Notes under the pieces: model-generated
What the model saw: only the letters and a program-made list of their open reading frames with translations
Told to the model about the DNA's origin: nothing
Database searches by the model: none
Made by a program: the position numbers and the translations under genes
Source: Candidatus Dojkabacteria bacterium
GTDB lineage: Bacteria > Patescibacteriota > Dojkabacteria > SC72
Direction of reading: 5' to 3'
DNA length: 51,135 nt
NCBI GenBank assembly: GCA_050950145.1
Contig: JBMNHB010000001.1
Span: 1 to 51,135 of the forward strand
Shown here: positions 8,340-16,892 of the stretch, in pieces
Position numbering within the stretch: position 1 is the stretch's first letter
How the letters are laid out: every line of letters begins with the position of its first letter

Positions 8340-8867
8340 CTAATAATCTGATTCAAAAAATGAAAACCATGGATGTTTAATTTCCTTGTACTCAACAAAC
8401 TCTGATTCTCCATGATAGTCTTTTGGAATATCTTCTGTGTAAATTATTCCTTGTATTTTACCACCAGTAGCTAATCCCGATGTATATGTAAGATATTCAA
8501 CATACATATTCTCGTTAATATTGTTACACCTCATACCCCTTACTGCTCCCAAATCAAAAAGTCTTTTTCTAATATCTCTAAGTTCTTCTGTTTTCATGTT
8601 AATTCCCGATATGTTCTCTGGACTTGTCCATGTATTATCAATCCTACTTAAGCCATTTTTACACCATACAAGAAGCTCTTCATTTAAATCAATATACTTC
8701 TTTTCATTTTTAAAAAATAGATCTGACATCTCTTCTTCACTTCGATATGATCCATTGGTAAGAGATGTTTTTACAAAGTAAAACAAAAGGACGCCTAGTA
8801 AACAGATAACAATTGAAATACCTGATAACCATTTTAATTTTTTCTTAGATTCTGAATTTTTATTCAT
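8340..8867 (-). CDS. Hypothetical membrane-anchored protein
   Basis: The ORF-track start at 8990 runs through a tRNA gene. The internal ATG at 8867 (MNKNSESKKKLKW...) gives a signal-anchor protein. Confidence 0.5.
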   Translation of the reverse strand: MNKNSESKKKLKWLSGISIVICLLGVLLFYFVKTSLTNGSYRSEEEMSDLFFKNEKKYIDLNEELLVWCKNGLSRIDNTWTSPENISGINMKTEELRDIRKRLFDLGAVRGMRCNNINENMYVEYLTYTSGLATGGKIQGIIYTEDIPKDYHGESEFVEYKEIKHPWFSFFESDY

Positions 8868-8905
8868 ACATTCATTGGAATTAATTAAGATTTTTTGTTC
8901 TTGAC

Positions 8906-8996
8906 TGGCGGAGAGAGAGGGATTCGAACCCCCGGTATGGATAAACCATACAAAGCTTTTCGAGAGCTTCCCTATCAACCACTCAGGCATCTCTCC
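8906..8996 (-). tRNA. tRNA-Ser (anticodon CGA), CCA encoded
   Basis: The reverse strand is GGAGAGATGCCTGAGTGGTTGATAGGGAAGCTCTCGAAAAGCTT...GGGGGTTCGAATCCCTCTCTCTCCGCCA. It has a 7-bp acceptor stem, anticodon stem AAGCT/AGCTT with loop CTCGAAA, and a long variable arm. Confidence 0.9.
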
Positions 8997-9000
8997 AGGC

Positions 9001-9591
9001 TCAGATTATACCATCCTTTAACTTTTGAATCTCTCTTTTAATGTTCTCCCTGGCTTTTTCTTCATGTTTTCCATATGCCTCTTCTGTTTGAAAAATCCTT
9101 TCCTTGGCAAGAAAACTCTCAAGAACCTTAATTCTTCCTTCTCGATATACATCGTCTGAATAGATAAAGTATTCCTTTCTAATATTCCTGATGTTTCTAT
9201 TATACTCTTCTGTAGGTTGTGCTAAAGATACCAAATCCGCATCTAAAAATATCTTAGAATCCTCATCTCCTTCAATCGGAATATGTGTTTTAGTTGCAAG
9301 AATCAAGTTTACAGCATGCTCTATTGTTTCTTTAGATACCCCTGCATGCTCAAGTTCTCTTCTACAAAGCTCTGCACTATCCTCTTCGTTAGTATTTGAA
9401 GTAACATCATAAACAGAATCATGAAACCAAGTTGCATAGAAAACAGCTTCTTTGTCTATAATTTTTTCTTTCTGCGATTCTAGAAAGTTAAGCATATACT
9501 GAATATGCTCCATATTATGATAATATCTTCCCTCTCCTTGATACCTGAATGTTAAATCAAAAAGAATCTCTTCTCTTTTTTCTTTTTTCAC
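9001..9591 (-). CDS. HD-superfamily metal-dependent phosphohydrolase (COG4339-like)
   Basis: YHNMEHIQYML and ATWFHDSVYD motifs. GTG start. Confidence 0.6.
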   Translation of the reverse strand: MKKEKREEILFDLTFRYQGEGRYYHNMEHIQYMLNFLESQKEKIIDKEAVFYATWFHDSVYDVTSNTNEEDSAELCRRELEHAGVSKETIEHAVNLILATKTHIPIEGDEDSKIFLDADLVSLAQPTEEYNRNIRNIRKEYFIYSDDVYREGRIKVLESFLAKERIFQTEEAYGKHEEKARENIKREIQKLKDGII

Positions 9592-9595
9592 ATCT

Positions 9596-10270
9596 TTAAA
9601 CCTTCTCTAAAGGAATATATTCACCATATGAAATAATATCTATCTTTTTCTGTTTCTTAATCTCTTCATAGAGAAGATGTTTCTGTAATATTACAAATAT
9701 TGCATCCTTATCCTTCTCTCTTGCTAACATAATCAACATCTTTGGGAAATTTAATTTTGTATTTACTAAAATTGTATATATTCCTTCTTTTTTTGTAATG
9801 TAAAAACTATCTAACATATACCATTCATACAATTTTCCTGTTGTTTCTATCCCTCTCTTTGTTATCTTATGCTTAACAATCAAAGGTTTTGTAGTAGCTG
9901 CAGCATAAAGTACAAAAAGCATTGAAATTATGGCCGCTATTAGAAAATATTTACCTAAAACTGCAAGAAGAGCTATAAAGGCAAGAGAAAGAGCAAGAAT
10001 TATTAAAAAGCCCTTACTATTTAAGTTTATCTGATACCTCTCTGGAGCACTCCACTCAAAAAGCTTAATATTTTGAACAACTTCCTTCTTTTGTACAGGA
10101 TCTTCTTCTAACTGAATCTCCCCTTTTACAATCTTCCTTCTTCTTTTATCTTTCTCATCTTTAATAGCTTGTTTCTTGGCTTTTTTGATAGCCTCCTCTT
10201 TATCCCTAAGAGCTTTCTCTCCTGTAAGAAAATCTGCTAAATTTTTCAAAGAATCTTTTTCTTTTGCCAT
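9596..10270 (-). CDS. Hypothetical two-TM membrane protein
   Basis: The ATG at 10270 (MAKEKDSL...) avoids overlapping the upstream gene. It has a lysine-rich N-terminus, two TM helices and a soluble C-terminal domain. Confidence 0.5.
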   Translation of the reverse strand: MAKEKDSLKNLADFLTGEKALRDKEEAIKKAKKQAIKDEKDKRRRKIVKGEIQLEEDPVQKKEVVQNIKLFEWSAPERYQINLNSKGFLIILALSLAFIALLAVLGKYFLIAAIISMLFVLYAAATTKPLIVKHKITKRGIETTGKLYEWYMLDSFYITKKEGIYTILVNTKLNFPKMLIMLAREKDKDAIFVILQKHLLYEEIKKQKKIDIISYGEYIPLEKV

Positions 10271-10284
10271 AAATCTATTTAATA

Positions 10285-10653
10285 TCATACCACAAAGATT
10301 AAAAAGAGTACTACCAAAAATATACCCAAACCCCAAAAGAAACTAATTACATGAAAAATATGTAAAAGAAAAACAATTAGTAAACCAAAAGTTAAAAGAG
10401 AAGAATATTTAATACATTCTTTAATAACTATTCTCTCTTCAATATTCTTTTTAAAAAATCTTTTAATTATGTAAAAAATAATATTAAAAAAAGAAAAAAC
10501 CGTTGTAAAAAGAAGAAAAGTAAAAACAGAAAAATTAGTCCAATCTATCTCATGAATAGATGTTCTAGGTAAAAAATTATCATTATTAAATAGGAAAAAC
10601 AAAAAACTTACAGAGAAAAGAAAAGTAAAAAGGATTGTAAAAAGAAATTTCAT
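10285..10653 (-). CDS. Hypothetical membrane protein
   Basis: 122-aa Phe/Leu-rich ORF with about four hydrophobic segments. Confidence 0.4.
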   Translation of the reverse strand: MKFLFTILFTFLFSVSFLFFLFNNDNFLPRTSIHEIDWTNFSVFTFLLFTTVFSFFNIIFYIIKRFFKKNIEERIVIKECIKYSSLLTFGLLIVFLLHIFHVISFFWGLGIFLVVLFLIFVV

Positions 10654-10733
10654 TTTTTCTGTTTTACTAGGATTTAATCAAATAATTCAAGGTATTTTAA
10701 GATTTTACAACTAATTTTATTTCTTAAAATATT

Positions 10734-11411
10734 ATGAATGTATTAATTATAGAGAATTCTGAGACTCTTTCACAGATTATGAGTAAGACATTAGATTCTT
10801 ACGGTTACAAAGTTACTCTAGATAATGAAAATTTTAGTAGTAAGGTATTTGTAATTGATAATATTTTTAGTTTTTTGATAATAAATACAAAGTTACAGGA
10901 CGGAAAGACAGAAGAGATTTTAGATTTTGTCTTAGAGAAGAGTCCTGATACTAAAATACTTGGTGTTTGTAATAGTAGAACTTGGATAGAGAAAGTTAGT
11001 TTCTTAAACAAAGGAGGTGATGATGTTCTTAGTTATCCTTTTCCTATGCAGGAACTTTTAGCTAGAATTCAATCATTAAATAGGAGACCAAAAAGTTATC
11101 TTGATAGTAATATTTCATTAGGAGATTTGACATTAGATTTAGATAGTAAAAGTATATACAAGGGAAATGAGGAAATAGAGGTAAGGAATAAAGAGTATGA
11201 TCTTTTTGAGTATTTGGTGAGAAATAAAGAGAGACCTATTTCAAGATGTGAACTATTAGATCATGTATGGGATTATCGTCAATATGTTGGTTCTAATACT
11301 ATTGATGTACATGTAAACAGATTAAGAGAAAAGTTGGAAGATAGTAATGTTATAGAAACAGTACATGGTGTTGGATATATTGTTAGAGATAAAAAACCTA
11401 AAGCATCATAG
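10734..11411 (+). CDS. OmpR/PhoB-type response regulator with degenerate (pseudo-)receiver domain
   Basis: The C-terminal winged helix (YDLFEYLVRNKERPISRCELLDHVW...IDVHVNRLREKL) is intact. The receiver has EN for the acidic pair, Asn51 at the phospho-acceptor position (FLIINTKLQDG), Cys for the conserved Thr and Tyr for the conserved Lys (LSYPF). Confidence 0.75.
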   Translation: MNVLIIENSETLSQIMSKTLDSYGYKVTLDNENFSSKVFVIDNIFSFLIINTKLQDGKTEEILDFVLEKSPDTKILGVCNSRTWIEKVSFLNKGGDDVLSYPFPMQELLARIQSLNRRPKSYLDSNISLGDLTLDLDSKSIYKGNEEIEVRNKEYDLFEYLVRNKERPISRCELLDHVWDYRQYVGSNTIDVHVNRLREKLEDSNVIETVHGVGYIVRDKKPKAS

Positions 11412-12516
11412 GCATAACTAGATGCACAAACTCTGTATCTCCTTCAATTTTAAATACTCCTGGTTTAACAGGATCAGTACATTCAAATACAATATCTTCA
11501 GAATCTATATGGTTTAAAATATCAGTAAGTAATCTTGCACTAAAAGCAATTTTAATATCACTACCTTCTACTTTTCCTTCAAAAACACTCTGATTCTTAC
11601 CTAAATCACTCTGTATAGCAGATAGGGATAATTTCCCTTCTTTGTTAATATCTAAAACCATCTTATTCCCTAAAACTGATCTTGCAATAATATTAACAAC
11701 CTTAAGAGAGTTAAGAAAATCATCTCTCTTTATCAAACATTTTGTCTCAAAACCTGTTGGAATAATCTGTTTGTACTCTGGAAACTCTCCATCAATTAAT
11801 CTTGATACCAAATCTACATCAGAAAGTCTAAATAAAACCTGATTTCTATCCTCAAGAATATATATATTTACCCACTCCTCATCGGTATCTAACTCAGAAA
11901 TAATATATGTTAATTCTGAAAAAGCTCTTACAGGAACTAAGAAATTCTTCTTACCACTACCCTTCTCTATCTTTACACTCTGTTTTGAAAGTCTTAAACC
12001 GTCTGTTGCTATAAAAGAAACAGTATCATCTTCAACCTCTACTTTGACACCTGTTAAAACAGGTTTAATATCATCACTTGCAGCTGCAAAAGCCACCCTA
12101 TTTACTGCTTGTACAATATCAACTTTCTTAACTCTGAAATCAAACTTCTCTTTCTCTACAGTTGGAATATTAGGAAAATCATCAGAAGGCATAGTATTAA
12201 AACTAGCTGTATTGTTAGATGTTGAGATATTAAAATTCTGTTTTACAATATCAATATCAACTTTTTCTTCAGGAATTGAATTAACAAACTCTGATAACTG
12301 TTTAGCTGGTGCTGTAATCTTACCATCATCTTGAATATCTGCACCTATCCATGTACTAATACTTAACTCAAGATCTGTAGTCTTCATTGTTAACTTTCCT
12401 TTATCACTCTCAAAGAGAACATTACTTAGTATTGGTAAACCTGGTTTTGTTGTAACAATTCTACTTACAATATTTAAATATTTAGAAAATGTATCTTGAT
12501 TACAAGAGAATTTCAT
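11398..12516 (-). CDS. dnaN: DNA polymerase III beta sliding clamp
   Basis: 372 aa, directly downstream of dnaA. MKFSCNQDTFSKYLNIVSRIV...PILSNVLFE and the three-domain length are typical. Confidence 0.9.
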   Translation of the reverse strand: MKFSCNQDTFSKYLNIVSRIVTTKPGLPILSNVLFESDKGKLTMKTTDLELSISTWIGADIQDDGKITAPAKQLSEFVNSIPEEKVDIDIVKQNFNISTSNNTASFNTMPSDDFPNIPTVEKEKFDFRVKKVDIVQAVNRVAFAAASDDIKPVLTGVKVEVEDDTVSFIATDGLRLSKQSVKIEKGSGKKNFLVPVRAFSELTYIISELDTDEEWVNIYILEDRNQVLFRLSDVDLVSRLIDGEFPEYKQIIPTGFETKCLIKRDDFLNSLKVVNIIARSVLGNKMVLDINKEGKLSLSAIQSDLGKNQSVFEGKVEGSDIKIAFSARLLTDILNHIDSEDIVFECTDPVKPGVFKIEGDTEFVHLVMPMML

Positions 12517-12970
12517 AGTTCTTAATATTTATATTAAATAGTGGGTAGTTTTATTGAATTTTCTATCTCTACATGATTATACCCTAAATCTTTCCACAAA
12601 TGTATCTAATATATTTCTTTTTTTATAAATTGAAGTAATAGGAATAGTAGTGAGTATGGATATGTAGATAACTTAAGAAATTTTACTTAAAAAGTTTTTA
12701 TCATCAAGATTTTTTACACTATTTATCTAGTGGATATCTCTACCTCTAACTTATCTACTAAGAAAACAGAGAACATTGTAAGAACAATAGAAGTGAATGT
12801 GGATTACTTTCTAGTATAACTTAGGATAATTCTTAATTATCTGTGGATATTACAAACACCTAAAAACTATCATTTTGAAAGAACTTCTACGAAGTTGTAA
12901 TATTTCTTGAAGGTTAAAATTTGAAATTATTCACATTCTTATCCTTAAGTTATTCGCAATGTTATCCACA
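12517..12970. other. Probable oriC (DnaA-box cluster in the dnaA-dnaN spacer)
   Basis: One perfect TTATCCACA at 12962-12970. One-mismatch boxes at 12927-12935, 12842-12850 (reverse) and 12798-12806 (reverse). Two-mismatch boxes at 12729-12737, 12655-12663 and 12590-12598. AT-rich tracts lie at about 12600-12720. Confidence 0.7.
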
Positions 12971-14401
12971 CTACCCTCTCAACAACTGAATACATTTATC
13001 TACCTTATCTTGAAACCTAGAATCGTTACTTATCATATCTTCTATCTTTTCATAAGCATGAAGTACTGTTGTATGATCTTTCCTATTCACCTCTCTTGCA
13101 ACTCTTTCAAGTGGAAGTTGCAATTCTTTTCTTAAAATATACATAACCACTTGTCTACACTGTGCAACATATGCAGTCCTTCTATTTCCTTTAATCTCTG
13201 CTGGCTTAACATCAAAAACTTCTCCAACTGTTGTAATTACTTTAGTTGGAGTAATCTTCTTTCTTTTAGAATCTAGATCTACTTGAAGTAATTTAGCAAT
13301 ATCTTCATCGCTAGGATTTAAACCTAACTTAAACAGAGAAGTGACTTTTGTTAACGCACCTTCTAATTCTCTAATATTGCTCTCAATATTTTTTGCAATC
13401 ATTTCTAAGTATTCGTTAGGAACATCAACATTTTTTTCCTCTAAAGATTGTTGTAATATTGCTAATCTTGTTTCATAATCAGGTGGTTGGATATCTGCAA
13501 CCATACCTCCTTGAAACCTGGTTCTTAACCTATCTGTAATATTTTTAATCTCTTTTGGTGGTCTATCTGAAGCTAATACTATCTGTTTGTTTGAATCATA
13601 AAGAGCATTAAATGTATGGAAGAGTTCTTCCTGTGTTCTTGGAAACATCTCAACAAACTGAATATCATCAATCATTAATAAATCTACTGTTCTATACTTA
13701 TTCCTAAACTCATCATTTTTCTTTGTTTTAATAGCATCAACCATTTCATTAAGGAATGTTTCTGTTGTTGTATACACGACTTTTTTACTTGGTTGTTGTT
13801 TTAATACTTCATTTCCTATTGCCTGCATCAAATGTGTTTTTCCAAGCCCACTATTTCCATAGAAAAATACTGGGTTATATGCATTACCTAAATCATTTGC
13901 AACTGCTTCTGCTACTGCTTCTGCAAGTTCATTACTTTTACCGACGATAAAGTTAGAAAAAAGATATCTTGGGTTAAGTTTAGAAACCTCAAGTCTTTGC
14001 TCATATCTCTCTTTATCTCTCTTGGCCGAATCAAAAAGATCCATTGGCCTATTTTCGTTTGGATCATGATACTCATACTTACTTTTTTGTTTTTCTTTAA
14101 CAGAACCCTTAAGGTTTATCTCTACTTCATAATTTTGTCCACTTGCTTTTCTTAAAGCTTGTTTTAATGAAGCTCTGTAATCTCGTAATATTTTTTCTCT
14201 TTTGTAATCTGCATCACAAGAAAACTGTACAACCCCATTATTTACATCTTCAATGTATATACCAGTAAAAAGACTTAGGAATATTCTGTTTCCCAACATT
14301 AATTTAAGATGTTCTTTTGTCATCTTCCATAGATCGTCAGTATCCACCAAGCTATTTTGTTGTATATTTTTGAAGTAACCTTCAAAATCTGCTTTATTCA
14401 T
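12971..14401 (-). CDS. dnaA: Chromosomal replication initiator DnaA
   Basis: AAA+ Walker A GNSGLGKTHL, box VII, and a C-terminal DNA-binding helix (DHTTVLHAYEKI). The ATG at 14401 is preferred over the TTG at 14407. Confidence 0.95.
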   Translation of the reverse strand: MNKADFEGYFKNIQQNSLVDTDDLWKMTKEHLKLMLGNRIFLSLFTGIYIEDVNNGVVQFSCDADYKREKILRDYRASLKQALRKASGQNYEVEINLKGSVKEKQKSKYEYHDPNENRPMDLFDSAKRDKERYEQRLEVSKLNPRYLFSNFIVGKSNELAEAVAEAVANDLGNAYNPVFFYGNSGLGKTHLMQAIGNEVLKQQPSKKVVYTTTETFLNEMVDAIKTKKNDEFRNKYRTVDLLMIDDIQFVEMFPRTQEELFHTFNALYDSNKQIVLASDRPPKEIKNITDRLRTRFQGGMVADIQPPDYETRLAILQQSLEEKNVDVPNEYLEMIAKNIESNIRELEGALTKVTSLFKLGLNPSDEDIAKLLQVDLDSKRKKITPTKVITTVGEVFDVKPAEIKGNRRTAYVAQCRQVVMYILRKELQLPLERVAREVNRKDHTTVLHAYEKIEDMISNDSRFQDKVDKCIQLLRG

Positions 14402-14651
14402 ATACAAAGCTATTCATATTAATGACAGTTTGGTTTGGAGGGCAGTCTCTGGTCGATTGGGACTCTGTTACATTATATTGAATTTTTACAAAATGTGGAT
14501 ATCTATATTTAAGATATTCTAAAAGGTTGTAAGAAGGAGACTTTTTATTATTGATAGAAAACTCTAATAATATTAGAGAACCTTTGAAATATTTGCTAAA
14601 TACTTTTCATTACTATATAATCAGCTTGATTTCAGATTTTTAAAGAATATT

Positions 14652-14834
14652 ATGAAAAGAACTTACCAACCAAACAACATGCGTAGAATTAAAAAACTTG
14701 GCTTTATGGCTAGAAACAGCTCTGTTGGAGGTAAAAATGTTTTAAAGAGAAAAAGAGCAAAAGGTAAAAAGTCTCTCTCAGCAAGTGAAGAATACAAGCT
14801 TTTGAGAAAGAAGAAGACAAAAAATATTAGATAG
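14652..14834 (+). CDS. rpmH: 50S ribosomal protein L34 with a C-terminal extension
   Basis: [44 protein letters not shown] aligns with canonical L34 and is followed by 16 extra residues. Confidence 0.9.
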   Translation: MKRTYQPNNMRRIKKLGFMARNSSVGGKNVLKRKRAKGKKSLSASEEYKLLRKKKTKNIR

Positions 14835-14841
14835 AAATAAT

Positions 14842-15195
14842 ATGCTGCCTAAAAAATACAGGTTATCAGCGAAAGAATTTCAGAATCTCTACAAAAATGG
14901 TTTTAAAGTCAAAGGGAAATACGGAATGTTAATTTCAAAGTTAAATTCCAAAGACACTCCCCTTTTTGGTTTTGTTGTTAGTAAAAAAATTGGAAAAGCA
15001 GTACAAAGACACAGAATGACAAGACTTTTAAGAGTAATTTCAATGGATGCTGTAAAGGAATTTGAACTAAAAGGAAGAAGTTTTCAATACATAGCTTTTG
15101 AGTTTTGTGATAGTTACAAAGATTTAAAAGAAGAATTTTTTAGTCAAGTGAAGCAAATTTTAGAAAATGAAGAAAATAGTACTTTGGTTAATTAA
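14842..15195 (+). CDS. rnpA: RNase P protein component
   Basis: Follows rpmH. Contains the [19 protein letters not shown] (RNR-like) motif. Confidence 0.85.
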   Translation: MLPKKYRLSAKEFQNLYKNGFKVKGKYGMLISKLNSKDTPLFGFVVSKKIGKAVQRHRMTRLLRVISMDAVKEFELKGRSFQYIAFEFCDSYKDLKEEFFSQVKQILENEENSTLVN

Positions 15196-15406
15196 ACAGT
15201 ATCAAAAAACATTCTCACTAGATCATGGTATTCGTGGGAAACTAAATCCTAATCTGCGATATTGTAAATTTATCCCTACTTGTTCTGAATATGGATATGA
15301 GGCAATAGATAAATATGGAGTTTTTAAGGGTAGTCTTTTAGCTTTAAAAAGGATTATGAGATGTAATCATAAAACACCTACTGGTACATACGACCCTGTT
15401 CCTTAG
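15167..15406 (+). CDS. yidD: Membrane protein insertion efficiency factor YidD
   Basis: [36 protein letters not shown] is the YidD signature. Confidence 0.85.
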   Translation: MKKIVLWLIKQYQKTFSLDHGIRGKLNPNLRYCKFIPTCSEYGYEAIDKYGVFKGSLLALKRIMRCNHKTPTGTYDPVP

Positions 15407-15458
15407 TACTGTTTTGTGATATAGTGCGAATTACGATTTTAATTAATTAACAGAAAAA

Positions 15459-16325
15459 ATGTTTTCTTGGATCTGGACAAATGTACTTTATAATCCAATT
15501 TTTAATATCTCTATTTCCCTTTACCATATATTGGGAGACAACTTAGGACTTGCGATCATAATTGTCGCAATTATCTTCAGATTACTTCTTCTTCCTCTGG
15601 TTAAAAACCAAATGGAAATGACTAGAAAGATGGCTGCTTTAAAGCCACAATTAGATGAATTACAGAAAAAATACGGCAACAACAAAGAGAAATTAGCACA
15701 AGAGCAGATGAAATTGTATAAAAAAGCAAAATATAACCCATTAGGTTGCTTAGGTTCCTTTATTCCACAGATTTTAATAATCCTTGTTCTTTTTCAAGTA
15801 ATTAAAAACATTGCAGCAAGTAATTTAAATGGTATTTATCCATTTATTCATGAATGGATTTCAAATGGGCAAGAAATTACGATTAATACAAAATTCCTAG
15901 GACTAGAACTAACTAATATTTTTATGCAGCTAGAAAACAAGTTTAGTGTAGAAGGAATTCCTTACTTAGTAATTGCCCTTCTAACAGGTGTCGCTCAGTA
16001 CTTTACAACAAAGTTTACAAGATTAATGCAAAATCCAGAGTCTAAAAAAGAAGAAAAGAAACCGAAAAAGAAGAAAGACGAGGAAATCTCTCCAGAAGTG
16101 CTTCAGGAAAATATGAATAAATCGTTTGCATTTATGCTTCCTGCAATGACAGCATATTTTGCAATTAAAATGCCAGCATTTCTTGGAATCTATTGGATTG
16201 CACAATCTTTTGCTTTAATTATTCAATACATGGTTTTAGATTGGGATAAAACGAAAAAGGGAGCACAGAACCTGTTATCTATCTTTAAGAAAAAGAGAGA
16301 AATAGAAGAGAAAAAGAACAAGTAG
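15459..16325 (+). CDS. yidC: Membrane protein insertase YidC (short form)
   Basis: It lies in the conserved rnpA-yidD-yidC order. MTRKMAALKPQLDELQKKYGNNKEKLAQEQMKLYKKAKYNPLG is typical. Confidence 0.85.
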   Translation: MFSWIWTNVLYNPIFNISISLYHILGDNLGLAIIIVAIIFRLLLLPLVKNQMEMTRKMAALKPQLDELQKKYGNNKEKLAQEQMKLYKKAKYNPLGCLGSFIPQILIILVLFQVIKNIAASNLNGIYPFIHEWISNGQEITINTKFLGLELTNIFMQLENKFSVEGIPYLVIALLTGVAQYFTTKFTRLMQNPESKKEEKKPKKKKDEEISPEVLQENMNKSFAFMLPAMTAYFAIKMPAFLGIYWIAQSFALIIQYMVLDWDKTKKGAQNLLSIFKKKREIEEKKNK

Positions 16326-16388
16326 GAAGAAAAAAGAAAGAGTTAGGATTGTCCAATGATTTTGAAATAAATTTTAAATATTATCTTT

Positions 16389-16868
16389 ATGAAAGATAAA
16401 GAAATACTTAAATTAGTTGAAGAAGAGATAGAAAAACTATCTTCACTTCTCAATATTGAAAGCGAGAGGTTTGTTGATATAGAGGATGGAGAGGAAGATA
16501 TGAAATATATCAAAGTTAGATTTGAGGGAGAAGATTTGGGATATATGATTGGTAATAGAGGGAGACATTTAGATTCTCTACAATTCATTCTTCAAGTAAT
16601 TTTAGGTAGGAAATTGACAGAAGATGTTAATTTTAGGGTATTTGTTGATGTCGGTGGTTATAGAAAAGAGAAAGATGATAAACTAGAGCAGATAGCATTA
16701 GAGAAGGCAGATAATGCAAGAATATTAGGAGAACCTATTGAATTACCACCAATGAAACCTTCAGATAGAAGAATTATTCATCTAGCACTTATGAAATTTA
16801 AAGATATTTCAACAGAGAGTGTTGGTGAAGGAATGGATAGACACATTGTCATCACCCCTATCAAGTAA
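16389..16868 (+). CDS. jag: Jag/SpoIIIJ-associated KH + R3H RNA-binding protein
   Basis: Position after yidC. It has a KH-like GYMIGNRGRHLDSLQFIL and an R3H motif DRRIIHLAL. Confidence 0.75.
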   Translation: MKDKEILKLVEEEIEKLSSLLNIESERFVDIEDGEEDMKYIKVRFEGEDLGYMIGNRGRHLDSLQFILQVILGRKLTEDVNFRVFVDVGGYRKEKDDKLEQIALEKADNARILGEPIELPPMKPSDRRIIHLALMKFKDISTESVGEGMDRHIVITPIK

Positions 16869-16892
16869 GTGTTCTCGTGGTAGAATAGCTTA

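Noticed and set aside
8868-8990. N-terminal 41 codons of ORF 8340..8990
   Set aside because: This part reads through tRNA-Ser(CGA). The internal ATG at 8867 gives a sensible signal-anchor protein.
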